From Bispira polyomma (Eukaryota): DNA of 64,000 nt. Below are positions 12,923 to 26,500 of this stretch, in pieces. The stretch lies in the NCBI GenBank assembly GCA_965649765.1, contig OZ287751.1, positions 50,034,001 through 50,098,000 on the forward strand, read 5' to 3'. The first letter of the stretch is position 1, and each line of letters begins with the position of its first letter. The notes below the pieces were generated by a model, which saw only the letters and a list, made by a program, of their open reading frames with translations, did no database searches and had not been told where the DNA came from. The position numbers were made by a program, and so were the translations under genes.

Positions 12923-13672
12923 ATCTAATATAATCTAATCAAACTTTGATAGCACTTAATCTCCATTAAAGTGGGTTATAAGGTGCATTTATCATTATAA
13001 TATTGACAATTCAAGTCTTGTCCTTTCCTGAAAGGTGGTCGTATCCAAGGAGATGTCAGAATGAATAAGTAACTAGGGGAGGAAAGCCTTGGCAAAGTTT
13101 CCACTTTGCTTCAAAAGGATGACGATGCAGACTGTTCCATAGCGTTGATACATTGTAGGAGAAACTGTTTTGAAAATGAGTTTTGGATTTGTGAATTGAA
13201 GGTGAGTAGACTGGAACCTGAAAGGAAACCCTTATTAGCATTACATATGTATTGAGACAAACATGGGCTGAAATAAAGTGGGAGTCCTGTGTGTAAAAAC
13301 TTGTAGACTAATGTGGTAGTCTTGAATATAACCTGATATCTACTGGGCAACGAATGAAGACTTCTGAGAACAGGTGTTATATGTGAGAATTTAGCAGTGT
13401 TGGTAACAATTCTGTACACTATATTTTGTACACACTGAAGTATGGCAAAATCTTTTGAAGTTAAACTTCCAAAAAGTAAGTCCCAGTAGTCCAGCCTACT
13501 GCTAACAGGAGCATTACAACCGCAGCAACAGTACCCCAGGATAGATGGCTTTTAAGCCTTCGAAGATCCCTAATGTTGGCAAAATATGATCTGCCTATAA
13601 CGTCAACATGTTTAGCGAAGCAAAAATCAGAATAAAAAGAACACCCAGATTTCTAACAACATTTGATGAACC
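12923..13672 (-). mobile_element. 5'-truncated degenerate L2 LINE
   Basis: ORF remnants FSHITPVLRSLHSLP..FKTTTLVYKFL and SFSYNVSTLWNSL; tctaa tail. Confidence 0.88.
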
Positions 13673-13702
13673 GAGCATATGTATTATATTTCTTAAGCTG
13701 TA

Positions 13703-13970
13703 ATGCATTGTATTGGGTTGTATTTTAGATCTGAATATCTTGCCTTTTCAATGTTAGTGATGTTTTGTTGTATATATACAGCCCCTGAATTAATGAATCC
13801 ATCCCCTAAAGCACTCGTTCTGCCAGCTTTGGTCTTTATTTGTAGGCAATGGCGTGTTCACATCTTTCCTAATGATGTTACCCCAAGTATTCATTGTGGC
13901 ATTACCGGTGAGTCAAACTTGGGTTCTTCTGATCACCAAACCAACTCCCTAACTAGTGGGCCAGGACAGC
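13703..13970 (-). mobile_element. SINE-like element (family B)
   Basis: Shares tgatcacca(a/g)accaactc..taac head and (ttgta)n tail with 14921-15155. Confidence 0.55.
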
Positions 13971-14286
13971 ATTAAAATCATAAATGCTGGACTTGCCACC
14001 TTTTTATATGTGCGAATTTGGCATTGGACATAGAATATTGCTGCGGGTAAGCAATGGTTAAATGTGATTTTAATTGTATTCCTAAAATAACTATATTACA
14101 CAGAATTAAAGCGTACAATCCAGTAAGAAGTATACAGTGTTTAGGCATCTTTAACATTTTACAGAGAAGCTAGATATTCGAGTAATTGTGGTTTATTGGT
14201 ATCTCATGTATGACATAAGGTGAGGTTGGGATTAGAATCCAAACTCTAAGTAAGAATTGAGACAAAAAACAGTGAAAAATAATTAT

Positions 14287-14292
14287 TTTATT
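14287..14292 (-). terminator. Candidate polyadenylation signal of the carboxypeptidase gene
   Basis: AATAAA on the minus strand about 90 nt after the stop codon, followed by T-rich sequence. Confidence 0.55.
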
Positions 14293-14382
14293 TGCACCAA
14301 AAGAAAATTTACTAACATCTGACATAGTTTACTTTGACCTAATTCTAGTACCTGATAGAATGCAGTGCAAGCAGAGATACAT

Positions 14383-14588
14383 TTAGAAACTAGTGTCTGG
14401 ACACCTTTCTTCAATAATAGACAGAGTAAACGCCTTGATGCCCTCCCAGGTCTCCTCTACTGTGGGACGTATCTGATCAGGAGGTAGCAGGAACCCAGAA
14501 TCTCCATCATCTCTCAGCTCGATGGTATACACATACTCGATCTCAGCCACACCCTTGGCCCAATCCCTGGAAGTTCCTGAGGATTGGT
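14383..14588 (-). CDS. Carboxypeptidase last coding exon ([13 protein letters not shown]...[29 protein letters not shown]...CPDTSF*)
   Basis: tttcag| acceptor, TAA at 14383-14385; catalytic E270 and split Y248 codon. Confidence 0.96.
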
Positions 14589-17500
14589 CTGAAACAGGGT
14601 TATTGTTGTATCAGTTACAATGTACTATTCTCTAATTTGAATTTGAATTTGGATATTTAATGTCCACTCTAGTACCTTTTAGTAGGTTATATTGGGACGG
14701 GTAGTTGGAAACACTGGAGGAAACACTGCATACAGTCGGTCAAGGTTCTGCACTGAAACCAGCGGCCCACAGTAAGGAACCACCACCTTTCCCACATAGG
14801 CATTGACAGGATTCAAACTCAAGCCGCCCAGAGGTGAGAGACCAGTGATTGTGAAGCGCAATGCTTGCTAACCACTAGGCCACCGCAGCCCCCTACTATT
14901 CTCTAAATATCAACACCTATTTGTATTGTATTGTACTGTATATATTTAACATGCTTTATTGGTGTGAAGCATCTTCTAAAGCGCAGCAGCTGAATTAATC
15001 AATTAAGCACGTGTTCCACAACATAGTCTGGGTCATAATCAGTATGCAATGGCCTGTTTACATCTTGCCCGATGAAGTTATTCCATGAATATGAGGAGTC
15101 GAACTAAGGAGCTTGTGATCACCAGACCAACTCTGTAACCACTAGCCCAGGGAAGACCACAATTCTAAATGGAACTGTTCAATACCTACAGCCCATTCTA
15201 GTTTCAGGAATCAGTGGATTTCAAATGGCTTTTCTTAATGTCAGTGGTTGTTATGTTACCGCTTTATCAGTGAATGTACATGTCTTTAAAAACAGTCAAC
15301 TTAAATATAAAATTAAATAACATAAATATTGATCAACTTGTTGGACGCCTCAGTGGTGTTGTGGTAACAGACTTGAGTTCAAATCTCCACCCTTATGTGT
15401 ATGTGGGAAGGTTGGCAGTAGACCTGCTGTATGGGACAGTGGTTTGCAAAGAAGAAAGCCTTCAACTACCCTGTTTTAAAGTCTACTACCAGTGAACTGC
15501 TGGTTGTGATATCACACAAAACTGTTGAATTTAATTGGGTTTTATGTCGGTTTCAACAGCTTCAGCACTGTAAACAATTATATAACCTACGGAAACTACC
15601 TGACAAACTGACTCCACATGAACAAAAACACAGGATTAGAATATGCATTGGTGAGAGGCCAGTGATTCTAAAGCAAACAACTTGGTCACTGCATCCTCCA
15701 CAAATTATTAAAAGGGACGTTTGACCCAACATAAACTCGACTAAACCATAAAGTTAGTGATATAATTTGTACAACTAACTGTAAAAGAAAAGTCACCAGT
15801 TTTCCTACTATTGCAAAATTTGAATGAAATCAATGCATGAGGGCCAGGTGACAATGCAAATGTTACAATATGCAAGATAGGATTTGAAAAGAAACTTTAC
15901 CTTTCTTTTAAAAACTTACATAATATTTCTGAGGCAGATCCAAGTGTATATTCAGTTCCATAAAGGCCAGCTAAGGCATCAACGGCAAACTGACCAGCGC
16001 ACATCTGACATACAGCACATAAACCATAATACTCACTACAGTAATAATACAGACTATATATGGGAACATCATGATTGTAATTAGTAATGCATTCTTGAGG
16101 CCTTTAAAACCTTTTTTTCGTCTATTTTGAGCCATCGCACATCTGACACATAAACAACGATAGTCCAGTAATACAGACCTTATATGAGAACATCAGGACT
16201 TTACTGAATAATTCTTGAGGCCAATAAAATGCACAAATTTGAGTATATTTCTTTTAGATAGCACCTATTACTTTCAGATGAATTGGTTTGTTCTACTTTA
16301 CAAGTTTCAAAAGAATAGCTTTAAAGCAGAAATAAATAGGACAAAAAGGGGAAATTGTATTTCTAAGTTACAAGGGTTGTCCTTCTGTGCATGAGTACCA
16401 CGCCTAAACTTTGATCAGATTGTAGTTTTACAGCTGACATAATCTGGTCAGTAAAACCACAACGTCCTAGTACAGTCTGCCCAATGAAGACATGGCACAA
16501 AGTCAACAGAAGTGCAAAATCTGAGACATCGAGATGAGCTTTTGCAAAGGAATGTGATCTAGGTTACTATGATCTGAGTTAACCAAAAAACAGATAGTAG
16601 GATTCCTAGGTATGTTGTCACACGATGTTGCAACACAAGGCACCTTTTCCAAAAGGCAAAGGTGGGGTGTCGGGGTGGAGGTTGCAATTTTGAAACCCAA
16701 ACAATAATTAACTCAACATTCTGAATGTTTTCATATATTTGCCCACTCCAGTGCGACATGGTAATGTTATATGAGGAAGGGCACACTCACCAGCTTGTCG
16801 TAGTTTACTGGGGGGTCAGTGGTGTAGCCCCAGGGTGCCATCCAGAGCTGTCCATAGGAGTGGAGTGTGTAGAAGACTTGCCAGTTGGTGCCATTGTTCT
16901 GATGGATATAGTTAGCCACATTCTCAGCCTCTATCTCAGAGTAGGCTCTAGAACCACAGTAGGTCTCAGAGCACGGATTAAAACTCACACCTACAGCTAG
17001 AAGGAAACAGCAAAACAATGTATGACGTGGTATATTGTAACGGTGAGGCTTAACACAAATACTATGTGTACAGTTCTGTGTTCATATTGCCTTCATCTTA
17101 ACTATATGTTATATCAATATAAAGTGATATGTTAACACATAGTAAAACAGTGTCCAAGAGTAAGAACATTTTAAAATATTATCATATTAAAAGTACCTTG
17201 ATAATACTTACATATATACAAGACGACATTAAAAGACCAACAAACATAATAGAACATTACTATGATAATCTGCACATTAATCATGTGACAAAGTGAAGTT
17301 TTTTAAAGTACTGAAATAAAACATAGTGACTAGTTGTGTTGTTTTCATGTTAATCAGATGGTCATTATTTATACAATATACGAGGCCATTGTAAACTAAT
17401 ATCTTCTAAGACATGGCAAGTATGAATAGGATGCAAAGTACTTAGATATCTCTTAAAAGACGAGAGTACCATTAGTGATTATTACATAATTAGACCTTTT

Positions 17501-20500
17501 CAAGCACGAATATCTTGCTGTCAAAACAAATTTAATTATTATATTCACAAAACTTAGGCAAACTATAAGGTGCTTTGTAAAATAATGGTTACTAAATGTA
17601 ATTAATGGTTCAGGCAACCTCTGACAATGTACTAGTAGAAGACAATGAGTATACTAACATGCTATCTGTCTTATTGAAAGTTATACCCTACTCAAGTAGG
17701 TGTTAGCCATGTCTATTCCGACTGTAAACTGCCGTCAAATCTGACTTCAGATTTGAATTCAGCTTGAAAAGATCTATTAAAATAAATGCTCACAAGTGTA
17801 GGCTAGTCCCATACAAGTTATTTATTATGCAATGACTGTCACGTGCCTTTGATTTGAGTGGAGTACAAGTGTATTTACAAAAGTACGACCCCGGAAGTAC
17901 TTACTTCCCCACTGGTGGTCAAAGTTCCTGTTGATGTCTGTACCAACACAAACACTACCTTCATTGGGGCGTCTGCTTTTTCTCCACAAGCGATCCTGTA
18001 AAATGTCACCATTGTCTGTATTGTATGGTGGTATGGTGATCAATAAGTTATCTAGAGAGGACAAACCCCATTTCCTTATGTGTTAATTACACCATAGGGT
18101 ATTTTTTCATTAAAAATGGTGTACACTTAGATTTGTTATTAATCTTGAAAACCCACCCACATGATCATATCCTAGTACTGTATACTCAGAGCATTGGAAA
18201 CTACACATCCTACTATATATGTGTGCATGGTGAATCGAGTTCTAGTACCATGCCTGTTTTGAATTTGAATTTGGATATTTAACGTCCACTCTAGTACCTT
18301 TTAGTAGGTTATATTGGGACGGGTAGTTAGAAACGCTGGAGGAAACACTGCATACAGTCGGTCAAGGTTCTGCACTGAAACCAGCGGCCCACAGTAAGGA
18401 ACTACCACCTTTCCCACATAGGCACTTTCCCACATAGAATTCACGCCGCCCAGAGGTGAGAGACCAGTGATTGTGAAGCACAATGCTTGCTAACCACTAG
18501 GCCATCGCGGCCCCCATGCCTGTTTTAAAAGAAGTGTCAGCCATGCTTGAATAATATTTCATTCAAAATCATATACCTCAATGCTTTCCAAGTGTACTGT
18601 GCAACTTAAGCCCTTTTTGATGCACTAAAAGAACGGACATTAGTTTATATACAGTAGAACCTCTGTTATTTAAAGATGTTGGGGGAATAAGATTGCACTC
18701 GGATAATCCAAAGTTCTTGAAATGGAAGAGGCATTTTGTATAAAACAATAAAGCAACCTAAATCTGGAAATGAGTTCATAAAATTGAATATTTGTATAAA
18801 AAAACATCCTAGGACAAGATGTGAACACGTCAAGATGAGGACGTCATGGCTGTGTACTAATGATCTATTCATTCAGGTGTTGTGTTCTAGAAGATGCCCT
18901 GGTCTTTATTAGGTGTCTTATAACACACAACACCATACCCAACAGTGGAATACACTGGTTTATATTAAAACATGAAGTCATACGTCTGTGTGCGAGTACT
19001 CGTAACCGTCTGCATTCATCAAAGCCAGGATGTAGAAATCATAGTTGTCCAGCATGGACGTCACACTGACGTCACTGCCATAGTCATTGATGAGCTGCAA
19101 GGTGACATTTTAACAGATAGTCTTTGAATCAAGTGTGCTTGTGTGAATGTGTCTCGACCAATTATTTCTACACGAAATTTTGGATATATTTCCGATGTAT
19201 TTCTCTTTACATAACTAGTTACTAAAAAGCTTTACTTAATACAACAAATCTCAGAATATTTTAAAAGGTGGAAAATGTTTTAAAAGCCTACTGATTTTAA
19301 TGGTGTCATGTCTATCAATATTGACAGTCAATACACTTATTCACATTTAAATTTTATATGATGTAAGCAGTTAATGTTTTCTCAGTACCGATTCATGTAG
19401 AATTTATGTTTCTTACTTTTATATAATGATCACCACATTTGAGTAAAATGTGTTATCTCTACTCAGGTTAGATAAGCTGAATAGGGTCCTATATGTCGAC
19501 TGAAAACTTATTTTATGTGCTTTTCTGTCTGTAGTCAGGATAGATTTAAGATGGTCATCAATTTTAAGTGAATGTAAATATACTACACGGGCGGTCACAA
19601 TAGTGTACGGGTCATAATAGTGTCCATTGTATTTTTAAAAGAACTTACTGAAATTAACATTGAAAACAAAAGTTACTTAATGCCTATAAATTTAATTACA
19701 GAATACTATATTTTATTTTTGAGAAATTTACGTTTTATACTTGTGTAACATCTTGTTACACTGTAAGGTTGGCAATATAACATTTAACAGGTTTTGTACA
19801 AGTACAAGAGTGCAGTAATAACTATTCCTGAGTTTACCCTGTCAATGAAGTAAGTGGCTGTAGCAGGAGCAATCCACTCTCTGGCATGAATACCGGCATC
19901 TACCCAGAAACCAGTCTTAGTTGCACCATCTCCATTGGTTATCTGTGGACACAATACAGAGCCAATCTAAAACACTGAGTACGTAAACCAGCATCTACCC
20001 AAAAACCAAACTAAGTCACACCATTGGTTATCTGTGGATACAATACAAAGCCAATCTAAAACACCAAGTATGGAAACCAGCATCTACCCAGCAACCAGAC
20101 TTAGTCACACCATTGGTTATCTGTGGTCACTATACAGAGTCAATCTAAAACACTGAGTATGGATACCAGCATTTACCCAAAAACCAAACTAAGTTACACC
20201 ATTGGTTATCTGTGGATACAATACAAAGCCAATCTAAAACACTGCGTATGGATACCAGCATCTACCCACAAACCAGATTTAGTCTCACCATCTCCATTGG
20301 TTATTTGTGGACACAATACAGAGCCAATCTAAAACACTCAGTATGGATACCAGCATCTACCCAAAAACCAGACTTAGTCACACCATTGGTTATCTGTGGA
20401 CACAATACAAAGCCCATCTGAAACACTGAGTATTGATTCCAGCGTCTACCCAGAAAACAGACTTAGTCACACCGTTGGTTATCTGTGGACGGAATACAGA

Positions 20501-23500
20501 ACCACTAGCCTTTAACAAGTCTACTTTACCAACTTTTCCACATACTAAACCTGAGAGTCGAAATCACGACTGCAAAGTTGGGAGGAGAATGTGTGACAAT
20601 AAATATGTTTACCTTTATTACCTTTCATTAGACAAACAAGGCTCCCTCACAAGTGAAGGTTTTCTAATCCAGATACACAAGGCAGTAAATATATTTACCT
20701 TTATTACCTTTCACTAGACAAACAAGGCTCCCTCACAAGTGAAGGTTTTCTAATCCAGATACACAAGGTAGTAAATATGTTTACCTTTATCAGCTTCATG
20801 TCCCTCCCGCCATAGGTAGAGCCAATACTACTGACCACACAGCGCTCTGGACCACAGTCATCACCACTCATATCTATCCAGTCCAATATCTGTGAGTTCA
20901 TAGTATGAATCAAAGTACATGTGCACCCAACAAAGTACTAGTTAAAATATTTAAATCGTTCAACAGAACAAATGGATATGGAAAATTTACATTACATATA
21001 CTATTTACATCAAACACTAACCGGACCCAGCCAAAGTGTTCATTATTCCAAGTAACTGTACAATACACTGGTAGCAAACTGAACCGGGGAAGAAGTGTTA
21101 TTTGAAGATGTTCAGTTTTTGGAGGTGTTCAAGGACCAAAGAGAAATTGTTTATTATATGGAGATTATTTGGAGGTGTTTACTATCAGGTGGTACGACAC
21201 ATTGGTTTGCTGTATAGAGATCAGTACCAAAGTAACATTACAAACTACTAAAGAGTCTACTGTGTGTGTATACTGTATTCAGACCCCATCCTTACTTCCT
21301 GATATTCCAGATAATCATCCCAGATTGGCTGCCCTGGCTTCCTGACTTTCTTGGCCTGCCTTTGAGCATTCAGATGCTGCAGAATAGAGCTGTAAAACAA
21401 GAAGATGGACCTACTTATAGCTTGAGCATTTGGTCAATATGACATGTACTGCTTATCTACATATACCGCTGCCCTGTGAAAGGTGGACAAGGGTTTTTAT
21501 TAGCAAAAGGTAGTGCATATATAATGATGACTAAGGATTGCTATCACATAGCCATAATGTTACCACCTTCCTATGAATGTTCTCTGTCATCAGGTTTCAT
21601 TTCGTTTCTTGTGTATGGTTTGTAAGTTTACTGTAATTTTTTCCCTGTTGACCATCTATTGATTAAAATATCAAAATAAAAATTAGACAGGTTACTCCTT
21701 ATGAGACATTTAAAAACACATTCTATTGAGCTTTGAAGCCAGCTCAGCCAATAAATATAAAGTTTTAGCAACTGCAATCTCTTGAATTTCCCATTTCGCT
21801 TCTCGTTCTCGCTACCCACCTTCTTTCAAAGTGGTATATTTGATTAGTTTTTTTCTTAAATCAACACACCCTTCTTCTTGCTGGTGTTCTACATTAATTC
21901 AATAGCTTTGAATTGCTAAACATCTGTGAAAATGCATTAAAATGTTGGAATTTTTTTTTTTTGAATTGGGATATTTAACATCTACTCTAGTACCTGTTTA
22001 GGTTATATTGGGACCGGTAGTTGGAAACGCTGGAGGAAACACTGCATACAGTCGGTCAAGGTTCTGCACTGAAACCAGCGGCCCACAATAAGGAACTACC
22101 ACCTTTCCACGGGCTTCCACGGGATTCAAACTCAAGCCGCCCAGAGGTGAGAGACAAGTGATTGTGAAGCGCAATGCTTGCTAACCACTAGGCCACCACG
22201 GCCCCTATTAAAATGTCAGAGCATGTAACAGACAAATGTCATGTCTGTAATAAACTCTAAATAATAAACTCTAGTACTGGTTACTATTGTCTATTGTTTA
22301 TCAATTGATTAAAAAGAGGTGAAAAGAGAGGCTTGATGATGACAATTTACAAACATCCTAAAGGTTATTTGGTTCACACTGGGGTAGGACCCAATAACAG
22401 AGGACCGCACATTAAATGGTTATCGGAGGCACTATATATCTTATTAATGTAAGGCCCTCATGGATTGGTTGAGAAACAACCCACCATCCAAACTAAGGGA
22501 TGTCAGATTTGCCCGACTATATGGTGGCCATATCAACGTTAACGTATTTCACACTGTGTGTCTGTGTCTTTTTTAAAAGACGACTCTTGTTAAATTATCA
22601 TTGAGCAATCAATCGCAATCACAGACTGGGATTGAACCCACTCGGCCACAGTGGTAGGTCAGCTACTATAACATTAATAGACTGTCTGCTTTGTATTTAC
22701 CTTTCTAGGTCATGGATGGTTGTCTTGTAAGGGATCTTCTGATCCTCTAAGGCAGTCAGGAAGGGTTCTCTGTGCTCAGGACTGAGCCGGATATCTACAG
22801 GGACGCCCACACTTCTAGGAGAAGTCCAGAAGTCAGCCTAGAAACAGACCACAATACATAGTATGTATCCTTACAGAACATGTGGATTACTAATACAATG
22901 CATTTCTTAAGGCTCAGGTTTGCCTGTAAGTCTCATTTGATTTTGAACACAAGTAAATACAATCAAACTTGAACTCGCAATAATATTTGATTTGATTTTG
23001 GGTTTAACTTCGCTTTCAATATATTGTATAGGTCATAATAGCAAGTAACTGCCAGCTATCCCACTTATAACCCCAACTGCGATTCAAACTAGGGCCATAG
23101 AGGTGGGACAATAATAAAACCCTTAAACTGAATGATAATATTCTATTTCATGATTGTTAAAGCTGAAATATAAAATTGAGTTTCGACATTTAAATCAGAA
23201 TTTAATTAGCACAAACATAACGAAACAAAGAAAACTGATTGAATATCACTAGAATGTCAGTAGTTACTGAAAATATAAAGCATGAGAACGCTCAGTGATA
23301 TTAAGCTATTCAAAATTACTGTTTGTATTGTCATAGTGATTACTTATTTCTTAATTCTAAATAGTTTATTATTTCAGTATAAAACATATTCAGGAAATTC
23401 AGAAGTTTACGGCTAACATTCTTCTGATTGCTTGCTATGAGGCCCCAGATCATAGCTCAATAATATAAAAATAATTCATCCACGTGAGTCTTACAAATGC

Positions 23501-26500
23501 TGTTTATGTCCTTGCTGTTCTACATTGTGCATCTTTTACATCTCAGTAATAAAGGGCCATATTAAGTGCTATATTAAATACAATAAATTGTGTTAAAACT
23601 GGGTTAAAACTTTTTTAAATCCTTCATAGGTTTCAAAAGTGGTGGCAAAATGTTTCCCTTTCCATTGGTAACATTGATGCTAATACATTTCTTTATCAAA
23701 ATTGGTGGTTGCCAAACTGCCAGTGACGACTCTGACGTACCCCATACCTCCGTACATTAAGTTTTAACCACAATGAACAGTATTAGGCTTACAGTGAACA
23801 AGTCAAGAAAAAAGTCTGAAAAAGGTCGAGGATATTTCATTCAAATTGCCAACGTATTATCTGTTAGGCTTTTTGGAATGTTTTGAAATTTCAGGTGCAC
23901 GATTTACAGCAAAAACAACAAAAAAAAAAAAACCACTTTGCAAACTTTGCTTTAAGACCCTTTGGTTACGTTAGAAATTGCTACAATGCCCAATGACTAA
24001 TTATTTAGACACAATGCACAAGGTATGGACATAGATATATATTTGCTGTGATTCTGTTTGACCTACTCTTTGTTCACATCACCAATTTACATATACAGCA
24101 ACACTCACAACCTTTGCTCTGAAGTTTGGATGGTGAGTTGTTTAGAATTAGTACAGTATATGCTCGATTTCATTGATTCCATCTGATGTGTTCCTTGTTT
24201 AACGTCTACGTGCACCTTCCCTTCTAATTTACACCCATATAACAATACTCAATTACTCATACACTTTGTTGTAAAAGCTTGGCTCACAAGTGGTTTCTGG
24301 AGTATTGTTCAGTGGCTATTTTTAGGGGAGGAAAAAACTTAATAAGAAATCAATGCTTGTTATGGCCTCATCTGGAGAGCTACTTCTATAGACACAGCAA
24401 TTACAGACCCTCGAATATATCGAGGGTTAAAATACATCAAATTGTGGCTAGTTCTGGAAATTGTCAAGACCCACAGACGTATGTGGCCTGACTCTGACAA
24501 AGGCCAACTTCCGATTGTTTGTTAATTTGAGGACACTTTCAGCATAGCCACTTAGGATATTTATCTGGGCGATTTATAGGGCGTCAACAATTGCAAAGAT
24601 GAATGGTCTGACAATAACATGGGGGTGAGTGGGGAATAGATCAGCTCTCAACAATAAGTAGTTTGGTTGTGGCATGTATGTGGCTACTGTAAAATAGAAA
24701 CACCATTCCAGTGTATAATATGATTATTGGAATATGTACTGAGTATCCTGACGGTCTGACCAGTGTATGTATTTATAAATATTATATGAAAAAAAGATGA
24801 ATACCTTTGTAAACATAATGAATACAAGTTTAACTAGGCCTATGTCGTCAGAAATCTGGACCATATTGTATTCACGGGAGGGAAAAAGTTGATTATGCTT
24901 CCTGGTGATAGTAAATCGCCTCTTGTTTTCCTCCATGTCATCTCAAGTCAAATTAGTCATTTAGACCAGTGGCCAGTACATAAAGTAGCCATTACTCACT
25001 TAGTTGCAAGTGAATTACTTCAAATAGTTACAAGTGGTATTACTCACTCAGCTACAGGAATATAATATTGAAACTTTATCATAGATATTCGTAAATTACT
25101 TAACAAAGAAAAACAACATTGTAATAATGGATTTACAATTTAAGGCAAATTAGTCATTTTTGTCATTTAGACAAGTGGTCAGTACTCAAAGTAGGCATTA
25201 CTTATTTAGCTACAGTGCTACACCTCTGTTAAACCAAGTTGTAGAAAATTAAAATGTTAACTTATTTTACAAAAATTGTCCAGAAGTAATACTTTTAAAG
25301 TCAGAAGCAAATTACTCATTTTGACCAGTGGTCAATTGTGCAAGAAGCCATTACTCATTAATGTAAACATTTACCCTTGTAAAACTTTGCCATATTGTTG
25401 ATTATAAAAAAGTAGCCGTACAACATATTTTACAAAAATACCCTAGGAGCAATAGTTTCAGAGTTACAAATTACTTGAAGTAGCTATGGGTGCTACAGGC
25501 ACGGACATAATAAACTTTCCTATATTGTAAGACATGATAAAATATGTAAATAATATATTTTAGAAATGCAGAGGAGCCATATTTTGTTAATAACTGAGGT
25601 TAGATGATTTTCCTAGAAGCGGTCATGGTGGCCATCTTGTTTTTCAAACTGGGGATATGTTAAGTCATAGGCAACCTTTTATAACAATGAATATATCCTG
25701 CAAATCCGAGAAAGCTAGCCACAATAGTTTGCTCACTAGATCTGTCTATAAGGATTTGGCCAACTTTGCACTAGTTTATACACACTGTTGTAAGTAAGGA
25801 TTTGGCCATACTTACACTCATTTATACACATTGTTATATATAAGGATTTGGTCATACTTTCACTAGTTTTCACACAATGTAATATACATAGAGCTGTCCA
25901 TACTTACACTTACACTAGTTTATACACATTGTTGCATATAGAAATTTGGCCATAGTTATACTAGCTTATACACATTGTTGTATATAAGGATTTGGCCACA
26001 CTTCCACTAAATTATACACATCTTTGTACAAAAGGATTTGGCCAGTTTACACACATTGTAATATACCTGGAGCTGTCCATACATACATTAGTTTATACAC
26101 ATTATTGTATATAAAGATTTGGCCATACTTACACTAGTTTATACACATTGTTGTATATAAGGATCTGGCCACGCTTACACTAGTTTATACACATTATTGT
26201 ATATAAGAATTTGGCCATACTTACACTAAATTATACACTCAATAGGATTTGGCCAGTTTATACACATTGCAATATACATAGAGCTGTCCATACTTACACT
26301 AGTTTATACACATTGTTGTATACAAGGATTTGGCCATACTTATACTAGTGTACACACACTGTTGTGTGTAGGGATTTGGCCATACTTACCCTAAATTATA
26401 CACATCTTTGTACAAAAGGATTTGGCCAGTTGATACACATTCTAGTAAACATAGAGCTGCCCATACTTACACTAGTTTATACACATTCTAGTATACATAG

